A DNA stretch of 64,000 bases from Alphaproteobacteria bacterium (GTDB lineage Bacteria; Pseudomonadota; Alphaproteobacteria; UBA2966), in the NCBI GenBank assembly GCA_964291395.2, contig OZ219856.1:2272001-2336000 (forward strand). The letters are read 5' to 3'. Position 1 is the stretch's first letter. Every line of letters begins with the position of its first letter. Positions 40,908 through 49,110 of the stretch are shown here, in pieces. A program made the translations under genes and the position numbers. Under the pieces are notes generated by a model. That model was not told the DNA's origin. It did no database searches and was given only the letters and a program-made list of their open reading frames with translations.

Positions 40908-41843
40908 ATGGCGGAGAGCGACCTGAAGATCGCCGTGATGGGGGCCGGCGCGGTCGGCGGGTACTTCGGCGCCCGTCTGGCCGCCGGCGGGACCGACACC
41001 ACGTTCATCGCCCGGGGCGCCCACCTTCGGGCGATTCGGGAGAACGGCCTGCAGGTCCGGAGCCCCCTCGGTGACGTGACCATCGATCCGGCGAAGGCCA
41101 CGGACGATCCGGGCGAGGTCGGACCCGTCGACATCGTTCTGCTGATGGTGAAGCTCTACGACGTCGCGGCGGCCGCGGAACGGATTCGGCCGATGCTCGG
41201 GCCCGGAACCGGCGTCGTGGCGCTGCAAAACGGCGTCGACGCTCCCGACATTCTCGGGAACGCCATCGGCCGTGAGCACGTCCTGGCCGGATCGGTCTAC
41301 ATTCCGGCCATGATCGAGGAGCCCGGCGTCATCGTGCACGGCGGCGACTTCGCCAAAGCCGTCTTCGGAGAGCTCGACGGCGACAGGAGCGACCGCGCCG
41401 AGGCCTTGCTCCGGGCGTTCCGGGATGCCGGCGTCGACGCCGAGATCACGGACGACGTCGAGTCGACGCTGTGGACGAAATTCGTCCTGCTCTCCGCGGT
41501 CAGCGCCACCAACGCCATCACGCGCGGTCCGACCCGTCCGGTGCTCCAGGACCCCGACATGCGCAGGATGTTCACGGACGCCCTGCGGGAGACCGAGGCG
41601 GTGGCACGGGCACGCGGCGTGACCCTGGATCCCGATATCGTCGCCAGGCAGCTCGGCATGGCCGAGGCGTTTCCGGCGGACGTGAAGGCGTCGCTCCTTC
41701 AGGACCTGGAGGCGGGCAAACGCCTGGAGGTCGAGTACCTGAGCGGCACGGTATCGCGGCTCGGCGCCGAGCACGGCGTGGCGACGCCGGTGCACTCGAC
41801 GATCTACGCGGCGCTGAAGCCGTTCATGAACGGGGGCGGCTGA
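40908..41843 (+). CDS. panE: 2-dehydropantoate 2-reductase family (ketopantoate reductase)
   Basis: GAGAVGG, VKLYD, LQNG, WTKF, SLLQDLEAGKRLEVE. Confidence 0.85.
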   Translation: MAESDLKIAVMGAGAVGGYFGARLAAGGTDTTFIARGAHLRAIRENGLQVRSPLGDVTIDPAKATDDPGEVGPVDIVLLMVKLYDVAAAAERIRPMLGPGTGVVALQNGVDAPDILGNAIGREHVLAGSVYIPAMIEEPGVIVHGGDFAKAVFGELDGDRSDRAEALLRAFRDAGVDAEITDDVESTLWTKFVLLSAVSATNAITRGPTRPVLQDPDMRRMFTDALRETEAVARARGVTLDPDIVARQLGMAEAFPADVKASLLQDLEAGKRLEVEYLSGTVSRLGAEHGVATPVHSTIYAALKPFMNGGG

Positions 41844-41900
41844 ACCACCGGCATCCGCGTTCGCCGCGGCTCGCCCGAGGCACCGTCCGTGCGGGGGGTG

Positions 41901-41938
41901 AAGCGAGACTAGGCGTGACTAGGCGAGACTAGGCGAAC
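41901..41938. repeat. Short tandem repeat, 10-bp unit (AGGCGWGACT x3 plus a partial copy)
   Basis: aagcgagact aggcgtgact aggcgagact aggcgaac, read directly. Confidence 0.9.
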
Positions 41939-42050
41939 TGAGAACCGGGAGCAGCAGGACGTCATCGCGGCCGCCGGCGCGGACTCGCCGCTCGAGGTTT
42001 CCGATATCTCGCTCCGGGAAGTGGCCATTCACAGAGGGCGATTACCGCCT
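41931..42050 (+). pseudogene. Remnant of a PIN/VapC toxin
   Basis: Translates EQQDVIAAAGADSPLEVSDISLREVAIHRGRL, resembling the VapC VSxISLWEVA..GRL segment; no start codon or C-terminus. Confidence 0.55.
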
Positions 42051-42075
42051 CACTGCAATCGGCGATTGCGGAGCA

Positions 42076-42429
42076 TCAGGAACGGTGCACGGCTTCGCTC
42101 GATGATGTGGGCTGTTCTGCATCGCCGAGTCCGCCGAGATGGACTGGCAAGCGGCCGGGGAACTCGACGACCAAATCAAGACGGCCGCCCATTGCCTCGA
42201 CATAGCTTCGAAGGGTCGAGATCATCAGGTCGCTGCGCTTTTCCATCTTGGCAATGGTTGCCTGGCGGATGCCCAGCGTTTCGGCAAGCTGCACCTGCGT
42301 CAACTCCTTGGCTTTCCGCAACTGCCGGAGAGTGAGATACTCCTGATGCAGCCGTTCGGTTTCTGCCTCCATGCGCTCGCGGCGCTCGGGGGCGAGCCCG
42401 GCGATCTTGGCTTTCAGAGTCGTCGGCAT
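42076..42429 (-). CDS. XRE/HigA-type HTH antitoxin
   Basis: LRQLRKAKELTQVQLAETLGIRQATIAKMEKRSDLMISTLRSYVEAMGG. Confidence 0.92.
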   Translation of the reverse strand: MPTTLKAKIAGLAPERRERMEAETERLHQEYLTLRQLRKAKELTQVQLAETLGIRQATIAKMEKRSDLMISTLRSYVEAMGGRLDLVVEFPGRLPVHLGGLGDAEQPTSSSEAVHRS

Positions 42430-42433
42430 CGGT

Positions 42434-42787
42434 CTATCCCTCCATCGTATCGAGATGGCGGTCGAAGCGTTTATCGGCCTTGGCTATGAGCTGGCGGTAA
42501 AACCGTTTCTCGCCGACGCCGGACTTGTCGCCGGCTGCCGGAAGGATTGCTTGGCGATCAGGGCCGAAGGCGAAGAGGACGCGCCGGACGCCATCATCGG
42601 CATTGCACCGCAACTCCTTCATGTTGGCATGCTTTGAGCCTGTGAGCGTGTCGACATGCGGGCGGCCGGGCCGGGGGCCTTCTCGCTCAAGAAGCCCCGC
42701 CTTGACCAGGATGGCATCTTGGACAGCCTCGGGACAGGCATCGAACTCGGTCTCGAATGCGTCAAAGAACGAGACGATCCATTCCAT
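42434..42787 (-). CDS. RelE/HigB (Gp49-like) toxin, possibly degenerate
   Basis: GRPHVDTLTGSKHANMKELR, AFGPDRQAI, GDKSG..EKRFYRQLI; toxin-first operon. Confidence 0.88.
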   Translation of the reverse strand: MEWIVSFFDAFETEFDACPEAVQDAILVKAGLLEREGPRPGRPHVDTLTGSKHANMKELRCNADDGVRRVLFAFGPDRQAILPAAGDKSGVGEKRFYRQLIAKADKRFDRHLDTMEG

Positions 42788-42794
42788 GCGTCAC

Positions 42795-42830
42795 AATAGC
42801 TCAGAGGCTATACAGCCTTCAAGCTATATT
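42795..42830. promoter_or_regulatory. Tandem imperfect inverted repeats, putative antitoxin operator
   Basis: ATAGCtcagaGGCTAT and ACAGCcttcaAGCTAT, directly upstream of the toxin start. Confidence 0.6.
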
Positions 42831-43116
42831 TCTTAACTCGTCGGGTGGCCTTGTGAAGAGCCAAGTCCGCAAGCCGGGCCAGCTCCGGCTGGATCAATTT
42901 GCGGAGCAGTAAAGACAGGTCATGGCACTCGGAGTGCCGGATCATGTTGAATGTCTGGAGGGCCAACGCCGAGGCCGGCGCCGTCCACCCGCTTCCCGGC
43001 CAACCAAGCGACCGCAAACCGCTGCCGGCCGGGCAAGCTTCTGCGAGACGGCATGTGCCGTGCGACCTTCGCGGCGGCGCCGGCGCTCGTCGTCCGGCCT
43101 CCAGCCTTCACCGGCA

Positions 43117-43166
43117 CGCACAAAAATGTCCGGGGAGACGAGTGACCACTCGCGCATTTTTGTGCG
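43117..43166. promoter_or_regulatory. Perfect 12-bp inverted repeat upstream of hicA (putative HicB operator or hairpin)
   Basis: CGCACAAAAATG-N26-CATTTTTGTGCG. Confidence 0.65.
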
Positions 43167-43178
43167 AGAGTGCCACCC

Positions 43179-43391
43179 GTGAACGGGCGTGAATTCATAA
43201 CGAGAGTGAGAAGGCTGGCGCGCAGGAACGGGATCGCGGTCAGGTTCGACAAGACAAGAGGCAAAGGAAGTCACGGGACCTTGTATTACGGCGAGCGCTT
43301 CACGGTGGTGAAGGACCGCAGGAAACCGCTCAAGGCCAGCACGCTCCGCGGCATGTGCAGACAACTCGGCATCGACCCGAACGACCTTTAG
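43179..43391 (+). CDS. hicA: HicA toxin
   Basis: RGKGSHGTLYYG, TLRGMCRQLGI. Confidence 0.88.
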   Translation: MNGREFITRVRRLARRNGIAVRFDKTRGKGSHGTLYYGERFTVVKDRRKPLKASTLRGMCRQLGIDPNDL

Positions 43392-43403
43392 GGAATTCCG
43401 ATC

Positions 43404-43838
43404 ATGGCGACGCGATACAGCTACCCCATCGACCTTCACAAGGAGCGCACGGGCGGGTTCTCGGTGACCTTCCCGGACTTCGACGAGGCTTTCACGGACG
43501 GCGATTCGTTCCGCGAGGCCATCGAGGAGGCCGCCGACTGTCTCGAGGAAGCGCTCGCGGGCCGCATGGCGCGGCGCGAGGACATTCCCGCGCCGAGCCC
43601 GGCGAAGGGCCGGCCGGTGGCGGTTCCCGGCGCGGTCCTGGCCGCCAAGACGGCCCTCTACGAGGCTCTGCGCGAGCAGCGGCTGTCCAACAGCGCCTTC
43701 GCGGCGGCCCTGGGCGTTCAGGAAAGCGAAGTCCGCCGCATGCTCGACCCCCGCCACGCCACCAAGATCGGCCGGCTGGAGGAAGCCCTGGCGCGGTTCG
43801 GAAAGCGCCTCGTGATCACCGTGGAAGCGGCCGCCTGA
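43404..43838 (+). CDS. hicB: HicB antitoxin
   Basis: FSVTFPDFDEAFTDG, EDIPAPS, C-terminal HTH EVRRMLDPRHATKI. Confidence 0.92.
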   Translation: MATRYSYPIDLHKERTGGFSVTFPDFDEAFTDGDSFREAIEEAADCLEEALAGRMARREDIPAPSPAKGRPVAVPGAVLAAKTALYEALREQRLSNSAFAAALGVQESEVRRMLDPRHATKIGRLEEALARFGKRLVITVEAAA

Positions 43839-43869
43839 CCGTCGGTCCGCGCCGGCGCCGGTCCCGGTC

Positions 43870-44104
43870 CTGCCGCGGTCGCGGCTACGTCTTCCCGGCG
43901 GCGCAGCTCGACGAGCGGAACCGGCCGCTGGCGGGACTCGACCGCGTGACCGGGCTGTTCGCCGACGGCCATTCCGCGTGGGTCTGGCTGACCACGCCCC
44001 GGCCGTCGCTCGACGGGGCGGAGCCGCTCGCGCTTCTGGCGCGGGGCGAGGTGGAGCGCGTGGCCGAGGCCGCCCAGGGAGACCGTCAGGGCGACTTTGC
44101 GTGA
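43870..44104 (+). pseudogene. 3' remnant of an Xre/MbcA/ParS-type antitoxin
   Basis: YVFPAAQLD...AWVWLTTPRPSLDGAEPLALLARGEVERV (toxin-binding domain); N-terminus missing. Confidence 0.7.
44069..44104 (+). repeat. 36-bp direct repeat, copy 1 (copy 2 at 46317..46352)
   Basis: GCCGCCCAGGGAGACC(G/T)TCAGGGCGACTTTGCGTGA, 35/36 identical. Confidence 0.92.
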
Positions 44105-44107
44105 AAC

Positions 44108-44257
44108 TCAGTGGCTACTTTCGTGAAATTCCGCAATCTGGGCGAGCGTTGTCTTGCCGCACTGACGCGGGCCGTGAATCAACACGACCGGCGAATCCTC
44201 GAGCGTTTCGACAAGCCGACTCTCGGCGGACCGGGGATAGAAGACCGGACTCGACAT
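44108..44257 (-). pseudogene. N-terminal fragment of an AAA_14/DUF4143-type ATPase
   Basis: YPRSAESRLVETLEDSPVVLIHGPRQCGKTTLA, then an abrupt stop after the Walker A motif. Confidence 0.8.
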
Positions 44258-44671
44258 CTGCCAATTGCAAGTTTGGACTTCGGCCGATTGCGAAGTTACG
44301 TCTCCGCCAATTGAAGACAAATCCATCGATTGCAGGTGAGCCGGCGTGGCCGAGGCGGACGGGTTCGTGTTCGCGTCGCGGTCTACGGGCGATAGCTAAA
44401 GTGGCGCGCTGACGCGCGCCGGGATGGAGATGCCTACCGTATCGTCTGCGGGCGGTGTGCGGGTGACCGGCAGGAGCACGAAATACCGCGGACGAACCGC
44501 CTGATCGGTCGCGGCTATCCGGCGACGGCATGACCAGCCGGCCTTCTCCAACCGACGGTCGCTCGCTCCGATGCTTCGGACCCGCCTTGCAAGGTATTCC
44601 CGTCTCGCCTGAGGGCTCTTCCGGCTGAGCCGGACCGCTTGACATGGGAGACTGCGCACCGGCATAGAATA

Positions 44672-44714
44672 GTTCCTGTATTGGGAACATTATACTTGTC
44701 ACAAAATCGGGAAC
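44672..44714. promoter_or_regulatory. Putative HigA operator pair
   Basis: GTTCCtgtattgGGAAC followed by a degenerate GTCACaaaatcgGGAAC in an AT-rich stretch before higB. Confidence 0.55.
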
Positions 44715-44728
44715 GGTGTAGATAGCTC

Positions 44729-45022
44729 ATGCGGATCATCGCCAAGAAGACGCTCCGGGAATTCTGGCAGCGTCATTCAGATGCCGAAGAGCCGCTTCTC
44801 GCCTAGTACCGGGAAGTGAAGCAAGCGGATTGGGATACGCCGGCCGCCCTGAAGGAGATGTACGGCAACGCGAGCATCGTTGGCGACAACCGGGTGATCT
44901 TCAACATCAAGGGCAACGACTATCGCCTCGTGGTGAAGATCAATTACCGGCATCGCGTCGTCTACATCCGCTTTGTGGGTACGCATGCCGAGTACGACGC
45001 CGTAGACGTGGAGGAGGTGTGA
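44729..45022 (+). pseudogene. higB: HigB toxin with a premature amber stop at codon 26
   Basis: MRIIAKKTLREFWQRHSDAEEPLLA*YREVKQADW...NRVIFNIKGNDYRL...FVGTHAEYD. TAG at 44804-44806 sits where Trp (TGG) is expected. Confidence 0.9.
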
Positions 45023-45023
45023 G

Positions 45024-46241
45024 ATGGCCAATATCAAGCCAATCCGGTCCGAAAGGGACCACGAGGCGGCGTTGGGCCGAATCTCGGAGCTCATGGACGC
45101 GGAGCCGGACAGCCCGGAGGGCGATGAGCTCGATGTCCTGGTCGATCTCGTGGAACTGTACGAAAGCAAACAAGTGCCGATGGGCTATCCGAGTCCGATC
45201 GCCGCGATCGAGTTTCGTATGGATCAGGCAGGTCTGCGCCCCGCAGACCTTGCCTCGTTCATCGGAAGCCGCGCCAAGGTCTCGGAAGTTCTCTCCGGCA
45301 AGCGCGCAATCACCATGCCGATGGCGCGGGCGCTACATGAGCATCTCGGGATTCCGGCGGATGTACTACTGCGGGAGCCGGATGTCGACTTTGACGATCC
45401 GTGCGCCGATATGGAGTGGAGCCGGTTTCCCGTCAAGTCGATGGCAAAGTCGGGCTGGATTCCGGACAGGCCCGATCCAGCGAGACGCGCCGAGCACGTC
45501 ATGCGGGACCTGATCAATCGGGCAGGGGGACCGGACGTCGCGGGCGCCGCGCTCTACCGAAAGAACGATCACGTGCGCGCGAATGCCAAAATGGACCCCT
45601 ATGCGCTCAAGGCGTGGTGCTGGCATGTCCTGGCAAGAGCCAACGAGGACCTTCCGAAGACAGGCTACGAGCGTGGCACCGTGACTTTGGACTTCCTGAC
45701 GAAGGTCGCCCGGCTGAGCTGGTCGGAAGACGGTCCGCGACTGGCGAAGGAATTGCTGGTCAAGCGCGGCATTTCACTCGTGATCGAAAAGCATCTGCCG
45801 AAAACGTATCTCGACGGGGTGGCACTCCGGCTCGGCGACGGCAGACCGGTAATCGGACTCACTCTGCGTTACGACAGAATCGACAATTTCTGGTTCTGCC
45901 TGCTGCACGAGCTGGCCCATGTGGGTCGACACATGGACAACGACAGGGGCGAAGCCTTCGTCGACGACTTCACGCTCCGGAAACTCGAAGGGAGACGGGA
46001 AGACCCCAGGGAGAGGCAGGCTGACGAATGGGCGGAGGAAGCACTTATTCCGCGCTCGGTCTGGGAAGCGAGCGCAGTGCGGGACCGGCCAACGACCATG
46101 GCCGTGATGAACCTCGCCAACGCCCTGCAAGTGCATCCGGCGATCGTCGCAGGGAGGGTCCGAAACGAACGGAAGAACTTCCGGCTGTTATCGCAATTCG
46201 TCGGGACCGGCGAGGTGCGGCGACAGTTCGGCATGTCTTGA
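45024..46241 (+). CDS. HigA antitoxin fused to an ImmA/IrrE-type metallopeptidase domain
   Basis: N-terminal IKPIRSERDHEAAL...SRAKVSEVLSGKR HTH; C-terminal RYDRIDNFWFCLLHELAH (HExxH) and ERQADEWA. Confidence 0.9.
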   Translation: MANIKPIRSERDHEAALGRISELMDAEPDSPEGDELDVLVDLVELYESKQVPMGYPSPIAAIEFRMDQAGLRPADLASFIGSRAKVSEVLSGKRAITMPMARALHEHLGIPADVLLREPDVDFDDPCADMEWSRFPVKSMAKSGWIPDRPDPARRAEHVMRDLINRAGGPDVAGAALYRKNDHVRANAKMDPYALKAWCWHVLARANEDLPKTGYERGTVTLDFLTKVARLSWSEDGPRLAKELLVKRGISLVIEKHLPKTYLDGVALRLGDGRPVIGLTLRYDRIDNFWFCLLHELAHVGRHMDNDRGEAFVDDFTLRKLEGRREDPRERQADEWAEEALIPRSVWEASAVRDRPTTMAVMNLANALQVHPAIVAGRVRNERKNFRLLSQFVGTGEVRRQFGMS

Positions 46242-46316
46242 GGCAACGGGCCGATGAACTTCCACAGCGGACCGGGAGCCGGGCTTTCCTCGCTGCCGCC
46301 GGGCAAGCGGGCCGGC

Positions 46317-46352
46317 GCCGCCCAGGGAGACCTTCAGGGCGACTTTGCGTGA
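46317..46352 (+). repeat. 36-bp direct repeat, copy 2
   Basis: Matches 44069..44104. Confidence 0.92.
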
Positions 46353-46506
46353 CCCGCGGCTACGACCCGGAGCGGCTGCGGGCGAGCGGTATCGCCGAGC
46401 TGGCCCGCCTTGCGGTTCGGACAAACGAGGCGGGAGTCAAAGGAATTGTGCAAAAAGTGCTCTGTTATTCCCATATACTCGGGGTAACTGCGGCACAGGA
46501 GGCCTT

Positions 46507-46692
46507 GTGAGCCCCGAGACCCTCGGATACGTCAATCTGGCCGGCATCGTTGCTGTCATCGCGTTCCTGTGGAACCTGCATCGGGACATGCGCGCCATGG
46601 ATGGTCGGATCAACGATCTGGCACGCGAGCTGTCCGAACTCCGCGGCGAATTCCGTGGTCGCTTCGGACTTCCTCTCCCAGCGGAAGAATAA
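46507..46692 (+). CDS. Small membrane-anchored coiled-coil protein (61 aa)
   Basis: CAGGAGG RBS plus GTG; hydrophobic LAGIVAVIAFLW followed by heptad-like MRAMDGRINDLARELSELRG. Confidence 0.65.
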   Translation: MSPETLGYVNLAGIVAVIAFLWNLHRDMRAMDGRINDLARELSELRGEFRGRFGLPLPAEE

Positions 46693-46746
46693 TCAAGACG
46701 GACGCAGAGAAGCGCATCATTCAACCGGCAGCGTAAGGCCGGACGA

Positions 46747-49080
46747 TCACGAAAATCGTCGGGCCTGCGCCCGCCGAATGGCGCGCCAGACGTTCGACGG
46801 GGTCGCGGGCATGTCCACGTGGCGCACGCCCAGAGGCGACAGCGCGTCGACGACGGCGTTGATCACCGCGGGCGCGGAACCGATCGTGCCGGCCTCTCCG
46901 GCGCCCTTGATGCCGAGCGGGTTCGTGGCGCACGGGATCTCGTTGTAGGCGAGATCGAAAAAGGGGAAATCGTCGGCGCGCGGCATGGTGTAGTCCATGA
47001 AGGTCCCGGAAAGAAGCTGCCCGCTCTTCCCGTCATACACACAGTGCTCCATCATCGCCTGCCCCGCGCCCTGGACGATCCCGCCGTGAACCTGGCCGTC
47101 GACGAGCAGGGGATTGATCAGCTTGCCGAGATCGTCGACCACCGTATAGCGAAGCACCTCGACGACGCCGGTCTCCGGGTCCACCTCGACTTCGCAGACG
47201 TGACAGCCGTTGGGATACGTGAGACCCGGCGGCATGTACTCGTGCCGCTCGGCGATGCCGAAGCCCAGCTCCTCGGGCAAGCCGCGCGGCGTGTAGGCCC
47301 GCGCCGCGATCTCCTCGAACGCCACCGACCGATCGGTGCCGCGGACCACGGCGGCACCGTCCGCGATCTCGATATCGGCCTCCGAGGCCTCCAGCATGTG
47401 GGCGGCGATCAGGCGGCACCGGTCCGCGACCCGCGCGGCCGCGCGATCGACCGCCACGCCGCCGACCGTCACGGAGCGCGAAAACCCGGTCCCGGTGCCG
47501 TAGGCGACGACGTCGGTGTCCCCCTGGACCAGGCGGACCCGATCGAGCGGCAATCCCAGGTGCTCCGATACGATCTGAGCGTAAGCCGTGGGGTGCCCCT
47601 GCCCGTTGTTCTGGGAGCCGATCAACAGGGCGACCCCACCGTCGCCGTCGACCCGGATCTCGGCCATCTCGTCGGTGCCGCCGCCGCACGACTCGACGTA
47701 GGCCGCGAGACCAAAGCCGCGCAGCTTTCCGTCGGCCGCGGAAGCCGCCCGGCGCGCCGCGCGGTCCCGCCACCCGGCGTTGCCCAGGGCGTCCGACAGG
47801 TTCCGGGAAAAGTCGCCGCTGTCGTAGACCTCCCCCAGGCAGGTCTCGTGGGGCATGGCCTCCGGCGGAATGAAATTCCGCTCCCGGATCTCCGCCGGCG
47901 ACATCCCGAGCTCCCGCGCCGCCGCGTCGACCGCACGCTCGAGCGCATAGCAGACCTCGGGCCGGCCGGCGCCCCGATAGGCGTCCACCGGAACCCTGTT
48001 GGTGAAGACGCAGCGCACGCGGACGTGGGCAACCGGAATCCGGTAGAGCCCGGTCAGCAGGTTCGAGCCCGCCACGGTCGGTATCATGGGACCGAACGTG
48101 GAGAGATAGGCCCCCATGTCCGCGACGGTCGAGGCCCGGATGGCGAGGAACCGGCCCTCGCCGTCCAGCGCCAGCTCGACGGTCGTCACGTTGTCCCGGG
48201 CATGCGTATCCGAAACGAAGGCGTCGGAACGGTCCCCGCTCCATTTCACCGGTCGTCCGAGTTTCCTCGCCGCCCAGAGGACGAGGGCGTGTTCGGGATA
48301 GATGTTCTTCATCCCGAATCCGCCCCCGACGTCGGGCGTGACGATGCGCAGCCGGGATTCCGGAACGTTCAACACGCCGGCGCTCAGGCTACGGCGCATG
48401 CGATGCGGAATCTGATTGACGGCGTGAAGCGTGTACCGGCCCGTGCCTTCGTCGAATTCGCCGATGGCGCCGCGCGGCTCCATGGAGTTGACGACGATCC
48501 GGTTGTTGACGACCCGCAACCGGACCACGCGGTCGGCATCCGCGAAGGCCGCGTCGACGCCGGGCGCATCGCCCTTCGACCAGTCGACACAGACGTTTCC
48601 CGGCGCTTCGGGCCAGAGCTGCGGCGCATGGCTCTCGACCGCGTCCGCCGTATCGGTCACGAACGGCAGAGTCCGATAGGCGACCTCGACCGCCTCCACC
48701 CCGTCGCGCGCGGAGTCCACGGATTCCGCGACGACCAGGGCGACGCAATCCCCCACGTAACGCACCCGATCGCCCGTGAGCGCCGGCCGCGGCGGCGTCA
48801 CCACTTGGGCACCCGCCATGCGATCCGCGCCCGGACACGGAAGAGGACCCAATCCGTCCGCGGCCAGGTCCGCGTGCGTGAACACACCCAGGACGCCCGG
48901 CCGCGACCGGGCCTCGGCGGTGTTCATGCCTGAAATCTCGGCGTGCGCGTGGGGCGAGCGCAGGACGGCCGCGTAGGCCTGCCGCGGCAGATCGATATCG
49001 TCGTTGTAGCGCCCGCGGCCCCGCAGAAGGCGTTGATCCTCGATCCGGCGGACGGGTTGCCCGATACCGAACTTACCCAC
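46747..49080 (-). CDS. Xanthine dehydrogenase-family molybdopterin large subunit (form II CoxL-like)
   Basis: GQPVRRIED, LRSPHAHA, VGGGFGMK, AYRGAGRPE, GQVHGG, GIKGAGEAG. Confidence 0.93.
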   Translation of the reverse strand: MGKFGIGQPVRRIEDQRLLRGRGRYNDDIDLPRQAYAAVLRSPHAHAEISGMNTAEARSRPGVLGVFTHADLAADGLGPLPCPGADRMAGAQVVTPPRPALTGDRVRYVGDCVALVVAESVDSARDGVEAVEVAYRTLPFVTDTADAVESHAPQLWPEAPGNVCVDWSKGDAPGVDAAFADADRVVRLRVVNNRIVVNSMEPRGAIGEFDEGTGRYTLHAVNQIPHRMRRSLSAGVLNVPESRLRIVTPDVGGGFGMKNIYPEHALVLWAARKLGRPVKWSGDRSDAFVSDTHARDNVTTVELALDGEGRFLAIRASTVADMGAYLSTFGPMIPTVAGSNLLTGLYRIPVAHVRVRCVFTNRVPVDAYRGAGRPEVCYALERAVDAAARELGMSPAEIRERNFIPPEAMPHETCLGEVYDSGDFSRNLSDALGNAGWRDRAARRAASAADGKLRGFGLAAYVESCGGGTDEMAEIRVDGDGGVALLIGSQNNGQGHPTAYAQIVSEHLGLPLDRVRLVQGDTDVVAYGTGTGFSRSVTVGGVAVDRAAARVADRCRLIAAHMLEASEADIEIADGAAVVRGTDRSVAFEEIAARAYTPRGLPEELGFGIAERHEYMPPGLTYPNGCHVCEVEVDPETGVVEVLRYTVVDDLGKLINPLLVDGQVHGGIVQGAGQAMMEHCVYDGKSGQLLSGTFMDYTMPRADDFPFFDLAYNEIPCATNPLGIKGAGEAGTIGSAPAVINAVVDALSPLGVRHVDMPATPSNVWRAIRRAQARRFS

Positions 49081-49110
49081 GGGTCACGATCCCCGGCCGG
49101 ACCGAGCGCT

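Noticed and set aside
41901-41938. Possible CRISPR array
   Set aside because: The 10-bp units have no spacers, and no cas genes are present.
44804-44806. Amber recoding (pyrrolysine or alternative code) to explain in-frame TAGs in higB and at the NUDIX/MFS junction
   Set aside because: Many intact genes here terminate at TAG (fbiC, LOG, dprA, topA), and the higB TAG sits at a Trp position, consistent with a TGG-to-TAG transition.
41850-46700. Integron cassette array or prophage
   Set aside because: No integrase, no recognisable attC periodicity, mixed gene orientations and no phage genes.
46747-49080. Bona fide aerobic CO dehydrogenase
   Set aside because: The active-site loop is AYRGAGR (form II/other molybdohydroxylases), not AYxCSFR, and there are no cox accessory genes.
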